Positions 1 through 9,597 of a stretch of DNA of 57,212 bases are shown piece after piece. Numbering within the stretch: position 1 is the first letter of the stretch; every line of letters starts with the position of its first letter. Both the position numbers and the translations under genes were made by a program. This DNA comes from Crocinitomicaceae bacterium. Lineage in GTDB: Bacteria; Bacteroidota; Bacteroidia; Flavobacteriales_D; Crocinitomicaceae. The stretch is from positions 1 through 57,212 of the forward strand of contig JBFYPU010000024.1 of the NCBI GenBank assembly GCA_041303175.1, written 5' to 3'. The notes under the pieces are model-generated. The model had not been told where the DNA came from. It made no database searches and was given only the letters and a program-made list of their open reading frames with translations.

Positions 1-293
1 GATTTATCCAGAATACCGCCCTTTTCATTCGTGATTTGCAAAAAAACCGGGTTCACTTGCACTTCTTTGTGCTCACTCTCCTCCCATTCGTCTTTGTTTT
101 TGAAATAAATATCATTTTCCGAAACGTTGATTTCGTAGGTGTGCATTTTAGCTTCATACGTCAAATCATCGTCCACATTTTTGTAAACGGCTTGTTGAAC
201 AATAAAATAAACCACGCCAAAAACCACAGCAATAATGAGTGCTGTTGCCAACATAAAATGCGTTGCGATTCTTCGTTTGAAACTCAAGCTCAT
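1..293 (-). CDS. Sensor histidine kinase, N-terminal part only (runs off the window); identity inferred from context
   Basis: Absent from the ORF track because it has no stop in the window. My minus-strand translation from ATG 293-291 gives MSLSFKRRIATHFMLATALIIAVVFGVVYFIVQQAVYKNVDDDL..., a TM helix followed by a periplasmic-type segment. Its ATG overlaps the TGA of the upstream response regulator (ATGA), the classic RR-HK operon layout. Confidence 0.5.
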   Translation of the reverse strand, partial: MSLSFKRRIATHFMLATALIIAVVFGVVYFIVQQAVYKNVDDDLTYEAKMHTYEINVSENDIYFKNKDEWEESEHKEVQVNPVFLQITNEKGGILDK

Positions 294-958
294 AGTTCCT
301 TGGCGATATAACCCACACCGCGAATGGTTTGGATGTAGTTTTCTGTTTCCGAAAGGCTCAATTTTTTTCGAAGCGCATTGATGAACACGTCGATCACTTG
401 CGTGTTGTAATCGAAATGAATGTCCCACACATTTTCAATGATGCTGGTGCGCGAACACACTTTTCCTTTGTTTCTCATCAGCAATTCGAGCAAAGCAAAT
501 TCCTTTTGGGTGAGTGAAATTTCAACCTCATCCTTGAACACCTGGTGCGTATCGGAATCTAGCCGAATTGAACCCAACGTTAAGATGTTTGGAAGAGCCG
601 ATTTTTCGCGCAGTTGCACACGAATTCGCTCCAGCAATTCTTCAAAATGAAAGGGCTTTTTGATGTAATCGTTGGCGCCCACTTGAAGTCCAACAATGAC
701 CTCTTGAACAGTATCTTTTGCCGTCAAAAAAATGATGGGAGTGTCGGCAAATTCCCTTCTAAACGCGGTACAAATTTCGATTCCACTTTTTTCGGGGAGC
801 ATCCAATCGAGAATCAGCAGATCGTAATCACCTGTCAGCGCCATGGCAAGTCCGGCATTTCCTGTTGTGGCAACGTCCACCACGTAGGATTCTTCCTCCA
901 AACCTTGTTTCACAAAGCTGGCGATCCCCAATTCATCTTCAACTACGAGAATTCTCAT
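290..958 (-). CDS. OmpR/PhoB-family response regulator (REC plus winged-helix DNA-binding domain)
   Basis: 222-aa ORF. It has an N-terminal receiver (MRILVVEDE, DLLILDWMLP, FLTAKD) and a C-terminal winged helix (LTQKEFALLELL, IQTIRGVGY). Confidence 0.9.
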   Translation of the reverse strand: MRILVVEDELGIASFVKQGLEEESYVVDVATTGNAGLAMALTGDYDLLILDWMLPEKSGIEICTAFRREFADTPIIFLTAKDTVQEVIVGLQVGANDYIKKPFHFEELLERIRVQLREKSALPNILTLGSIRLDSDTHQVFKDEVEISLTQKEFALLELLMRNKGKVCSRTSIIENVWDIHFDYNTQVIDVFINALRKKLSLSETENYIQTIRGVGYIAKEL

Positions 959-1050
959 GGTACAAAGGTTGCACTTAGCGCGAGGATAATGAAATTATTC
1001 GGCTTAAGATTTCCTTAAGTTCTGCATTTCAGCGAAAAATGCTAGGCGTT

Positions 1051-1401
1051 TTAGTTGTTTGCCTTGCCTTGTTGGATCCAGCAATCAAATTTATCGACAA
1101 TTGTAGACGAAAGTTGTGCCGATCCTTGAGGCATATTCGCGGTTCCATTTGTGTGGCGCATCGACTTCAGAATCGTGTTTGCTCCAGAACTTACGTTCGC
1201 ATGCGTGGTTAAATTGTAGCCACCTTGCGCATTGGAACTGTTGTGACAACCTGTGCAGTTTTGGGTAAGAATGGGCACAATGTCCGTTGTGTAACTAATG
1301 GTTGTTGTGCATGTTGCGGTGGTTATCGGCTCTTTTTTACACGATGCCACGATAGTCGCTGCCGTAATTCCGACGAAAAAAAGGATGGAGATTTGTTTCA
1401 T
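1051..1401 (-). CDS. Lipoprotein with a c-type cytochrome-like CxxCH domain (PSCyt1-like)
   Basis: I moved the start to the internal MKQISILFF (ATG 1401-1399). Lipobox IVASC. The motif IVPILTQNCTGCHNSSNAQGGYNL, followed by MPQGSAQLS..DCWIQQGKA, resembles the planctomycete-type cytochrome c domain. Confidence 0.6.
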   Translation of the reverse strand: MKQISILFFVGITAATIVASCKKEPITTATCTTTISYTTDIVPILTQNCTGCHNSSNAQGGYNLTTHANVSSGANTILKSMRHTNGTANMPQGSAQLSSTIVDKFDCWIQQGKANN

Positions 1402-1500
1402 AAAAAATTGTTTTTCGGTCGTGAGCTGCGCGAGCCGGTTACTAGTATAACGCAAAGGTAGAGCAAATAGTTTGTGGGAGGGTTACAGAAATAACGGTTC

Positions 1501-1827
1501 TCACAAAATCACAAAGCGCCGGTGAATGGTTTGGCCGTTCAAGGTAATCAACGCAATATACGTTCCCATTCCGAGATCGTTTAAATCAATTCCGTTTTCA
1601 CGCACTTCCCACGTGCCCACATACGTGCCTGCTGCGGAGACGATTTTACAAATGGATCCTTCAGGCGCGTTGATAAACACGTGATCTTCTGAAGGATTTG
1701 GCGATACCATTACTTCGTAGGACGCCAATTCGCGTTTCAAAATCACTTCTTCAATTTCATTTTCTGCTGATTGTGCAAACGCCGGAGAGCTCAGTAGCAC
1801 AAGGGAACAAAGGATGATCTTTTTCAT
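1501..1827 (-). CDS. Small secreted protein consisting of a signal peptide plus a T9SS type-A C-terminal sorting domain
   Basis: I moved the start to MKKIILCSLVLLSSPAFAQ (residue 23 of the track ORF). The C-terminus VSPNPSEDHVFINAP...GTYIALITLNGQTIHRRFVIL is Por_Secre_tail-like. Confidence 0.6.
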   Translation of the reverse strand: MKKIILCSLVLLSSPAFAQSAENEIEEVILKRELASYEVMVSPNPSEDHVFINAPEGSICKIVSAAGTYVGTWEVRENGIDLNDLGMGTYIALITLNGQTIHRRFVIL

Positions 1828-1957
1828 TTTCTTCGATTTAACAGTTCTTATGTGTGCATAACGTGTATGTGGCGAGCCGTTACAGGAATTCAATAAACCA
1901 CATTATTTAAACTCAGTCTAAATAACCAAAACACGTCCATCCAAGTGGACTAACTGT

Positions 1958-1965
1958 TAAATTTG
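1958..1965 (+). promoter_or_regulatory. Candidate Bacteroidota -7 promoter box (TAnnTTTG) for sdhC
   Basis: TAAATTTG lies 29 nt upstream of the sdhC ATG. I found no convincing -33 TTTG partner. Confidence 0.3.
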
Positions 1966-1993
1966 CGTAACGTATACTTCATATCTATCAAAC

Positions 1994-2680
1994 ATGAGTA
2001 AATCTGGTCTTCTAAAATCATCTGTTGCACGAAAATTTGCGATGGCGCTTTCCGCGTTTTTTCTAATGTTTTTCCTGCTTCAGCATTTAACGATTAACAT
2101 GACATCTGTGTTTAGCGCAGGCACGTTCAATCACCTTTCTCATTTCATGGGAACCAATTTTTTAGTACAATACATTTTACAACCCGTCTTGATTTTTGGT
2201 GTGGTGTTTCACTTTGTATTGGGATTCGTCCTTGAACTTAAAAACCACAATTCGCGTGATGTTCGCTACGTGAAATACAAAGGTGGCGCGAGTGCATCTT
2301 GGATGAGTCGTAACATGATTTGGAGTGGCCTGGTTATTTTGGCATTCATGGGCTTGCACTTCTACGATTTCTGGATTCCAGAGCTAAAAATCAAATTTGT
2401 GGACGGCGATTGGTCGGGTGCACTCACAGCAGGTGGAGAACCGATTCGCTATTTTGATCACTTGATACACAAATTTGTGAACCCTGTTCGAGTAGGCATT
2501 TACTGTGTATCCTTCATTTTCTTGGCCTTGCACTTGCTGCACGGTTTCAATTCAGCATTTCAATCGGTGGGTGCAAACAACAAATACACGAAAGCACTTC
2601 AAAAATTTGGTGTAGCGTATGCCATTTTGGTTCCCGCGGGATTCATTTTCATCGCACTCTTCCACCACTTTAATCATTAG
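1994..2680 (+). CDS. sdhC: Succinate dehydrogenase/fumarate reductase cytochrome b subunit (b558 family)
   Basis: 228-aa polytopic membrane protein with conserved His residues in its TM helices. It sits directly upstream of the flavoprotein and Fe-S subunits, as in the Bacteroidota sdhCAB/frdCAB arrangement. Confidence 0.85.
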   Translation: MSKSGLLKSSVARKFAMALSAFFLMFFLLQHLTINMTSVFSAGTFNHLSHFMGTNFLVQYILQPVLIFGVVFHFVLGFVLELKNHNSRDVRYVKYKGGASASWMSRNMIWSGLVILAFMGLHFYDFWIPELKIKFVDGDWSGALTAGGEPIRYFDHLIHKFVNPVRVGIYCVSFIFLALHLLHGFNSAFQSVGANNKYTKALQKFGVAYAILVPAGFIFIALFHHFNH

Positions 2681-2694
2681 TAATCGTAGCTCGT

Positions 2695-4710
2695 ATGGCA
2701 ACTTTAGACGCAAAAATTCCAGAAGGTCCACTCAAAGACAAATGGACAAATCATAAGGATCACATCAATCTTGTGAACCCCGCAAACAAGCGATCGATCG
2801 ACATCATTGTTGTGGGAACAGGCTTGGCTGGAGGTTCGGCAGCCGCTTCTCTAGCGGAATTAGGATACAACGTGAAAGCGTTTTGTTTTCAAGATTCACC
2901 TCGACGTGCACACTCGATTGCTGCTCAAGGGGGAATCAATGCCGCAAAAAATTATCAAAACGATGGCGATTCCATCTACCGACTTTTTTACGATACGATC
3001 AAGGGTGGAGATTACCGAGCGCGCGAAGCAAACGTGTATCGTTTGGCAGAAGTTTCTGGAAACATCATCGATCAATGTGTGGCACAAGGTGTTCCTTTTG
3101 CCCGCGAATACGGAGGTTTGTTGGACAATCGCTCCTTTGGTGGGGTGTTGGTTTCGCGAACGTTCTACGCAAAAGGTCAAACCGGACAGCAATTGCTTTT
3201 GGGCGCATATTCAGCGATGAACCAACAAATCGGAAAGGGAAAAATTGAAATGCTGAACCGCCACGAAATGCTTGAATTGGTGAAAGTGGATGGAAAAGCG
3301 AGAGGAATTATCGCCCGCAATTTGGTGACAGGAGAAATTCAACGTCACTCTGCGCATGCTGTGGTCATCGCTTCGGGTGGATACGGAAACGTGTTTTACC
3401 TTTCTACCAACGCGATGGGATCCAACGTCACTGCCGCTTGGCGCGTTCACAAAAAAGGAGCGTACTTCGCAAATCCATGCTACACGCAAATTCACCCAAC
3501 CTGTATTCCCCGTTCGGGAGATTATCAGTCGAAATTGACCTTGATGTCTGAATCTCTCCGAAACGACGGTCGAATTTGGGTACCCAGTGAATTGAGCGAT
3601 GCGCAAGCAATCCGCGATGGAAAAATAAAACCAACGGATCTTCCAGCTGAGAAACGCGATTACTTCTTGGAGCGCAGGTATCCAGCTTATGGAAACTTGG
3701 TTCCGAGGGATGTTGCATCACGCGCAGCAAAAGAACGTTGCGATGCTGGTTACGGCGTAAACAAAACAGGCGAAGCGGTTTACTTGGATTTCTCTGCGGC
3801 AATTATGCGCTATGGAACCGAAAAAGCGAAGATCTCTGGCGAAGTGAATCCATCTGAAGCACGCATCAAAGAATTGGGTGAAGCGATCATCGAATCAAAA
3901 TACGGGAACTTGTTCCAAATGTATGAGAAGATCACCGATCAAAATCCATACAAAACCCCAATGATGATTTACCCTGCGGTGCACTACACCATGGGCGGAA
4001 TATGGGTGGATTACAACTTGATGACCACCATTCCAGGTTGCTACGCAGCTGGTGAAGCGAACTTCTCGGATCACGGAGCGAATCGATTGGGAGCTTCGGC
4101 ACTGATGCAAGGTTTGGCGGATGGATACTTCGTATTGCCATACACCATTGGTGATTATCTCTCAAACGATATTCGCACTGGAAAAATTCCGACCAACACA
4201 CCCGAATTCGATGAAGCTGAAAACGCTGTAAAAGCACGAATTGATGGCTTCATGAACAACAAAGGGACAAAATCTGTCGATCATTTCCACAAGCAACTTG
4301 GAAAAGTGATGTGGGACAAAGTTGGAATGGCTCGAAACGAACAAGGCTTGAAAGAGGCGATTGAAGAAATTCGACAAATCCGCACTGAATTCCACAAAGA
4401 CGTGATGATTCCTGGTGAAGCAAATGAAATGAATCCTGAATTGGAAAAAGCATTGCGCGTGGAAGATTTCTTGGAATTGGGAGAGTTGTTCGCCAAAGAT
4501 GCTCTCGAACGAACGGAATCATGTGGCGGACATTTCCGTGAAGAATCCGTTGAAATTGGTGGTGCACAAGAAGGTGAAGCAAAACGCGACGACGTCAATT
4601 TCGCCTATGTTGCGGCATGGGAATGGACAGGAGATCCGAGCAATGCGCAGTTACACAAAGAAGAATTGGTGTTTAATGATATCGAACTGAAACAACGTTC
4701 ATACAAATAA
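2695..4710 (+). CDS. sdhA: Succinate dehydrogenase/fumarate reductase flavoprotein subunit
   Basis: 671 aa. FAD-binding motif [15 protein letters not shown], covalent-FAD His context [15 protein letters not shown], and [10 protein letters not shown] and [10 protein letters not shown] motifs. Confidence 0.95.
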   Translation: MATLDAKIPEGPLKDKWTNHKDHINLVNPANKRSIDIIVVGTGLAGGSAAASLAELGYNVKAFCFQDSPRRAHSIAAQGGINAAKNYQNDGDSIYRLFYDTIKGGDYRAREANVYRLAEVSGNIIDQCVAQGVPFAREYGGLLDNRSFGGVLVSRTFYAKGQTGQQLLLGAYSAMNQQIGKGKIEMLNRHEMLELVKVDGKARGIIARNLVTGEIQRHSAHAVVIASGGYGNVFYLSTNAMGSNVTAAWRVHKKGAYFANPCYTQIHPTCIPRSGDYQSKLTLMSESLRNDGRIWVPSELSDAQAIRDGKIKPTDLPAEKRDYFLERRYPAYGNLVPRDVASRAAKERCDAGYGVNKTGEAVYLDFSAAIMRYGTEKAKISGEVNPSEARIKELGEAIIESKYGNLFQMYEKITDQNPYKTPMMIYPAVHYTMGGIWVDYNLMTTIPGCYAAGEANFSDHGANRLGASALMQGLADGYFVLPYTIGDYLSNDIRTGKIPTNTPEFDEAENAVKARIDGFMNNKGTKSVDHFHKQLGKVMWDKVGMARNEQGLKEAIEEIRQIRTEFHKDVMIPGEANEMNPELEKALRVEDFLELGELFAKDALERTESCGGHFREESVEIGGAQEGEAKRDDVNFAYVAAWEWTGDPSNAQLHKEELVFNDIELKQRSYK

Positions 4711-4717
4711 GAAAACT

Positions 4718-5470
4718 ATGAAAGTTACACTTAAAGTCTGGAGACAAAAAAGCGCGAACGATAAGGGTAAAATCGAAACGTACAAGCTCGATAACGTATC
4801 GGAACACATGTCCTTTTTGGAGATGATGGACGTATTAAACGAACAATTGATTACCGAAGGAAACATTCCTGTTGCGTTCGATCACGATTGCCGTGAAGGA
4901 ATTTGTGGAATGTGCTCGATGCACATCAACGGCGAGCCACATGGCCCTGATCGTGGTGTGACAACCTGCCAGTTACACATGCGTATGTTCAACGATGGCG
5001 ACACCATTTACATTGAGCCGTTCCGCGCAAAAGGATTCCCGGTGATCAAAGATTTGGTGGTGGACAGATCGGCTTTTGACCGCATTCAACATGCAGGAGG
5101 ATTTATCTCCGTTCCAACATCAGGAAATTCACAGGACGCGAATGCCATTCCAATTCCGAAAGCAGATGCCGACACCGCATTTGATTCTGCTACCTGTATT
5201 GGTTGTGGAGCGTGTGTTGCAGCATGTAAAAATGCTTCTGCCATGCTGTTTGTCTCTGCGAAGGTTTCACAGTTTTCGCTCTTGCCACAAGGTAAAATTG
5301 AAGCGAAACGCCGTGTCTTGAACATGGTAGAACAAATGGACAAAGAAGGATTTGGGAACTGTTCGAATACAGGAGCTTGCGAAGTAGAATGTCCAAAAGG
5401 AATTTCACTAGAAAACATCGCACGCATGAATCGGGAATATTTGAAAGCATCTCTTTCTTCTTCCGAGTGA
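4718..5470 (+). CDS. sdhB: Succinate dehydrogenase/fumarate reductase iron-sulfur subunit
   Basis: 250 aa with three Cys clusters: [11 protein letters not shown] (2Fe-2S), [11 protein letters not shown] (4Fe-4S) and [12 protein letters not shown] (3Fe-4S). Confidence 0.95.
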   Translation: MKVTLKVWRQKSANDKGKIETYKLDNVSEHMSFLEMMDVLNEQLITEGNIPVAFDHDCREGICGMCSMHINGEPHGPDRGVTTCQLHMRMFNDGDTIYIEPFRAKGFPVIKDLVVDRSAFDRIQHAGGFISVPTSGNSQDANAIPIPKADADTAFDSATCIGCGACVAACKNASAMLFVSAKVSQFSLLPQGKIEAKRRVLNMVEQMDKEGFGNCSNTGACEVECPKGISLENIARMNREYLKASLSSSE

Positions 5471-5490
5471 ACCATTTAAAGCTATTTTTG

Positions 5491-5530
5491 AAACCCGTTG
5501 AATTTGTTTCGACGGGTTTTTTTATTTTTT
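5491..5530 (+). terminator. Rho-independent terminator after sdhB
   Basis: Stem AAACCCGT (5491-5498) pairs with ACGGGTTT (5512-5519) and is followed by a long T-run. Confidence 0.7.
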
Positions 5531-5668
5531 CTTGAAAAAAATTCCCTTATTTCACCTATAATTCCAACGTTTCAACACATCGATGCGTATAGAACATTAA
5601 CAAATTTTTAATTTTAAGGGCAAAAGTTGTACCTTCGTGAAGCTAAATTTTATTTTAACATTATTCTT

Positions 5669-7411
5669 ATGAAAAAAACACTACTTTCTTTACTTGTTAT
5701 TGCAGCAGGATTTACCGCGCAATCGCAAGTGATTTGTGCTGGGGTTTCTCCAGTTTCGATCGCAGGGAACTACGATTTCACTTGGGCTGATCCGTCTGGG
5801 GGAGATTGGACAACACCTGATTTTCTAATCCCAGGAACATTCGTTGAGGATACATTGATGATCGTTGACGACGGAACTCCAGGAACAAACCCACAAGGAA
5901 ATCCTATTTCTGCTGAGGGTTGTAGCCCATTAATCAACAACTTGACAGGTAAAATTGCGGTTATTTACCGTAATACATGTGAGTTCGGAGCGAAAGCATT
6001 GAACGCACAAAACGCGGGTGCTGTTGGTGTAATCATCATTAACCGTGACCCAGAAGTTATTGAAATGGGTGGTGGAGCAGACGGAGGTTCTGTAACAATT
6101 CCTGTTGTGATGATCACTTCAAACGATGGTTTGGTGATCACAAACGCAATGTTGAATGGACCAGTTGTTATGTTCTTAGGGAACAAAACAGGATTGTATC
6201 CAAACGATGGAGGAATTACTTCTGGAGCAACATTGGTTTCAAAAATGTCTGGAGTTCACTCTTCGTTGGCAACAAGCGCTACTGAATTCAACTTCGATTT
6301 AGGAACACGCATCTACAACTATGGTACTTTGGATCAAAGTGGTATGACAATCAATGCTTCTATCGACGGACCAAGCGGAAACGTTTACGATGAAACAGTA
6401 ACTCTTCCTACTGTTCTTTCTGGAGACAGCATTGACGTTGAGCCATCTGTAGCATTGAATTTCCCACAGTTTTCTTTGGCATCTTACCCAGCTGGAACGT
6501 ATACATTGACGTATACACTTGACCTTGGTGTTGCTGACGATTACGATGGAGATAACACAATTACTGCTGCATTCGTTGTTCAAGACAGCGTTTATGCATT
6601 CGCACCTTTGGATGCAGTTACTGGTCACCCAGTTCAAAATAACGGATTCCGTCCAAGTGGAAACACTTCAACGTTCTCTGATTGTATCGTATTTGACAAT
6701 CCAAATGGAAGCCGTGTTGGTGTTACAGGATTGTATTTCCAAGCATTGGGATCAGCAGTTGATCTTTCTGGTGAAGAAATCGCGCTTTACGCTTACCGTT
6801 GGGAAGATGTATTTACAGACATGAACGATGCTGCATTGGCATTCGACAACTTGGTTCCTGTAGCAAACGGATTCTACTACTATCCTTCAGATCTTCAAGG
6901 AGAAACTGTTTATGGAGCGTTCAACACACCTGTAGTTTTGGAAGACAACCAACGTTTCCTTTTCTGTGCTCAAACTGTTAACTTGGATGTATTCCTTGGA
7001 TTCAATGACAATATTGATTACACATGGAACTTGGCATACTATGCACAACCGTTGGGACCAATCGAAAATGATGGTGCTTACTTCGCTGCTGGATTTGGTG
7101 CTGACATCATCCCTGCTGTTGGAGCAAGAATGCTTGACGCGTCTCTTCTTGGAGTTGAAGAAAACACAACAATTATGGGTTCTGCTTATCCAAACCCAGC
7201 TAAAGACATCGTAACAATTGCGATTGAAACTTCAGAAAACGCTACTGTTGCTGTTACTGATCTTTCTGGTAAAGTTGTAATGAATGGTGAACTTGCTTTC
7301 GCAAATGGAAACGCTACTGTAAACATCGCTGACCTTGAGTCTGGTGTTTATGTGTTCAACGTTACATTGGCAAATGGATTGACATCACAATTCAACGTTG
7401 TTAAACAATAA
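5669..7411 (+). CDS. Secreted PA (protease-associated) domain protein with a T9SS type-A C-terminal sorting domain
   Basis: I moved the start to MKKTLLSLLVIAAGFTAQSQ (ATG 5669). PA-domain motif GKIAVIYRNTCEFGAKALNAQNAGAVGVIIINR. C-terminus YPNPAKDIVTIAI...GVYVFNVTLANGLTSQFNVVKQ. Confidence 0.75.
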   Translation: MKKTLLSLLVIAAGFTAQSQVICAGVSPVSIAGNYDFTWADPSGGDWTTPDFLIPGTFVEDTLMIVDDGTPGTNPQGNPISAEGCSPLINNLTGKIAVIYRNTCEFGAKALNAQNAGAVGVIIINRDPEVIEMGGGADGGSVTIPVVMITSNDGLVITNAMLNGPVVMFLGNKTGLYPNDGGITSGATLVSKMSGVHSSLATSATEFNFDLGTRIYNYGTLDQSGMTINASIDGPSGNVYDETVTLPTVLSGDSIDVEPSVALNFPQFSLASYPAGTYTLTYTLDLGVADDYDGDNTITAAFVVQDSVYAFAPLDAVTGHPVQNNGFRPSGNTSTFSDCIVFDNPNGSRVGVTGLYFQALGSAVDLSGEEIALYAYRWEDVFTDMNDAALAFDNLVPVANGFYYYPSDLQGETVYGAFNTPVVLEDNQRFLFCAQTVNLDVFLGFNDNIDYTWNLAYYAQPLGPIENDGAYFAAGFGADIIPAVGARMLDASLLGVEENTTIMGSAYPNPAKDIVTIAIETSENATVAVTDLSGKVVMNGELAFANGNATVNIADLESGVYVFNVTLANGLTSQFNVVKQ

Positions 7412-7438
7412 GAATTAAACGCATGTTACATGCAGAAA

Positions 7439-7470
7439 GGGGAGCGATAATATCGCTCCCCTTTTCTTTT
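7439..7470 (+). terminator. Rho-independent terminator after the PA-domain gene
   Basis: GGGGAGCG (7439-7446), loop ATAATAT, CGCTCCCC (7454-7461), then TTTTCTTTT. Confidence 0.7.
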
Positions 7471-7485
7471 GTGATTAAACTCAAC

Positions 7486-7745
7486 CTAAACGTTCACTGA
7501 TAAACCAACGGTCAAAGGATAAGTCCCAAGTGATATTCCTTTATGAGAGAAAGCCGAATCGGTGTGGTGACATGCGTCGCTTTTAATTTGTTATTAGAAC
7601 AGCTATTTAACGAGTCTACAACGCATAAATTAAGTCCGCCAGGGATTCTATCCCGAAAGGCCACAGATATCAAGCTAAAGCCAAATTTCGATCCACCAAC
7701 GAATGCAATTAAGTCCTTCACCCCTGCTCGATTTTGATAGCACAA
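7486..7745 (-). pseudogene. Decayed, truncated paralog of the adjacent outer membrane beta-barrel gene (7912..8787)
   Basis: The track ORF 7512..7745 reads ...GFSLISVAFRDRI...VVDSLNSCSNNKLKATHVTTPIRL, versus GFSFTSVAFRDSY...AVDSVSSYSKNKLKATYLTAPLML in the intact gene. In another frame, the last codons before TAG (7488-7486) read KGISLGTYPLTVGLSVNV*, versus KGKTIEIYPLTFGLSVNF*. So there is a frameshift, an internal deletion of roughly 75 codons, and no N-terminus. Confidence 0.6.
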
Positions 7746-7857
7746 CTTTTAGCTGCCCCGAAAAACAAACGAAAACCTAAATAATCGGCTCGGCAGTCCG
7801 TCTTTCTGCGATTGAATGGCGCTCAACACCGCGTATTCCACGCATCTTAAATGCATC

Positions 7858-7886
7858 AAAAAAGGGAACGATACTGTATCGCTCCC
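7858..7886 (-). terminator. Rho-independent terminator of the beta-barrel gene 7912..8787
   Basis: Hairpin GGGAACGATA (7864-7873) / TATCGCTCCC (7877-7886) with one mismatch. On the minus strand it is followed by a T-run (plus-strand A-run 7858-7863). It is a diverged copy of the 7439-7461 hairpin. Confidence 0.55.
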
Positions 7887-7911
7887 CTATTCATTTGTGA
7901 TTAAACTTAAA

Positions 7912-8787
7912 CTAAAAATTCACGGATAAACCAAAGGTCAATGGGTAGATCTCAATTGTTTTTCCTTTATCAAACAACGGAAGTAAGCTATAATTTGCGA
8001 AGATTCCCCAATCCGCATAGCCAAAGCGAACCGCTGCATCCAATTTGAATGGATTCAAGTTGTATGGGCCTTTCACTTTTTCTTTGAATTCTTTTCCGTC
8101 AAATTCTCCTTGGCGTTTTGTTTTGGATGCAATACGGACACCACCAACCACTCCGGCGGCAAGATAGAAACTATTGCTTGCGTCTCTGCTCGTATTAAAT
8201 TCAAGCATCAGAGGGGCTGTCAAATAAGTCGCTTTCAATTTGTTTTTAGAATAGCTGCTCACAGAGTCCACAGCGGCGAAAACCGAGTCCGCTGAGGATT
8301 GTATTAGGTAGCTGTCGCGAAATGCCACAGACGTGAAGCTAAAGCCTAATCCAGTGGTTAAACCAACAAAGGGTTGACCAAGATTAAACTTGTGCTCAAG
8401 GAAATTTAGGTTCCACACCTGCGATTTTGCTGGATCGTTCTTCCAATAAGGATTGTTAGCAAAGGTGTTTTCGCGGTTTTCATCCAACAACATCATGAAT
8501 CCGAGATCTAATCCAGCCCAGTGCGCGTCGCTTTTGCGTGATTTTCTTGGCTCCTCCTCGGGCCCCAAATCCTCATCATCCTCGTCAAAACCTTCTTCAT
8601 CATCCCAGTCCTCTTCACCATTATTGATCACCAAGACTTGTGTTTTGCCAAATTTCATTTTCATCGTGTCGGACTCAACCTCTTTGTTTGTCACCTCCAC
8701 CTCCTCTTCAACAACTTCTGTTTCAACTTGTGCAAACGATGCGAACCCTAGGAAAAATAATGCAATCAATGCGTATAATGCTTTCAT
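7912..8787 (-). CDS. Outer membrane beta-barrel protein (porin-family-like) with an acidic N-terminal region
   Basis: 291 aa. Signal peptide MKALYALIALFFLGFASFAQ, an E/D-rich segment, then alternating beta-strand patterning that ends in the beta-signal-like LTFGLSVNF. Confidence 0.7.
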   Translation of the reverse strand: MKALYALIALFFLGFASFAQVETEVVEEEVEVTNKEVESDTMKMKFGKTQVLVINNGEEDWDDEEGFDEDDEDLGPEEEPRKSRKSDAHWAGLDLGFMMLLDENRENTFANNPYWKNDPAKSQVWNLNFLEHKFNLGQPFVGLTTGLGFSFTSVAFRDSYLIQSSADSVFAAVDSVSSYSKNKLKATYLTAPLMLEFNTSRDASNSFYLAAGVVGGVRIASKTKRQGEFDGKEFKEKVKGPYNLNPFKLDAAVRFGYADWGIFANYSLLPLFDKGKTIEIYPLTFGLSVNF

Positions 8788-8876
8788 AACTTCTGATTTT
8801 TGATAGTAAGACTTCGAACCTAAACAAAAGTTACAGCAGAATAAAAAAAATTAATGTTTTATTTATTTTCAGCGCA

Positions 8877-9266
8877 TTAAATTTCCTCTTCAAACCAATC
8901 TTCCAAAAAGGAATCCATATCACGACGGTCTTTTTTGGTGGGTTTCCCAGTGCCGTGTTCGCGGTAAACACTTTGCGCAGCGGTATAGATCCTTAATTTT
9001 TCCCGTTCTTCTTCAGGAGTAATATCCACGATATAATCAGCAACAAGCTTTGCGCCTACTCTGTTATTCAGTAACTGGATGATTTTGAACGAAAACGTAG
9101 CTGTGTGTCGAATCACTTGGATCACATCTCCTACTTTAACATCGCGTGCAGGCTTCGTATGCTGGTCGTTCAGGCGAATTTTACCTTTAGACACAGCTTC
9201 CGCAGCTTGTGACCGCGTTTTTGCCAAGCGTACGCTCCATGCGAATTTATCTACTCGGCAACTCAT
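8877..9266 (-). CDS. hslR: S4-domain RNA-binding heat-shock protein 15-like
   Basis: RVDKFAWSVRLAKTRSQAAEAVSKGKIRLNDQHTKPARDVKVGDVIQV matches the Hsp15/S4 pattern (RLDKWLW..R..KTR..A...I..G.V..NG...KPS). Confidence 0.7.
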   Translation of the reverse strand: MSCRVDKFAWSVRLAKTRSQAAEAVSKGKIRLNDQHTKPARDVKVGDVIQVIRHTATFSFKIIQLLNNRVGAKLVADYIVDITPEEEREKLRIYTAAQSVYREHGTGKPTKKDRRDMDSFLEDWFEEEI

Positions 9267-9597
9267 CGCGTTGGCGTTTTGTGAGGGATTTTACAATAAG
9301 GTCATACGAATGGTCAATCAGCTCATAAATAAGCGGATCTGGGACGTCTGAATCAATGGTAATCGTATTCCAATGTACCTTGCTCATGTGATAGCCGGGT
9401 TGTACACCGTTATATGTTTCACGGAGTTCAACGGCACGCTCAGGATCGCATTTTAAATTGACAGAATGAAAGGAGTCCACGTTTGTTAACGCAAACATTT
9501 TCACGACTTTAAATACAAGTGTATTGGAATCAAATGGAAATCCTTCCGTAGCGCCTGGCTTTTGCAAGCAATATTCTCGGAACGACTCGATGTCCAT
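9247..9597 (-). CDS. MmcQ/YjbR-family protein
   Basis: 116 aa. The N-terminus FREYCLQKPGATEGFPFDSNTLVFKVVKMFAL is typical of the YjbR family. Confidence 0.7.
   Translation of the reverse strand: MDIESFREYCLQKPGATEGFPFDSNTLVFKVVKMFALTNVDSFHSVNLKCDPERAVELRETYNGVQPGYHMSKVHWNTITIDSDVPDPLIYELIDHSYDLIVKSLTKRQRDELPSR

Noticed and set aside
7543-7737. 64-aa plus-strand ORF opposite the OMP pseudogene
   Set aside because: It lies within a decayed duplicate, is antisense to the recognisable homology, and has no motif.
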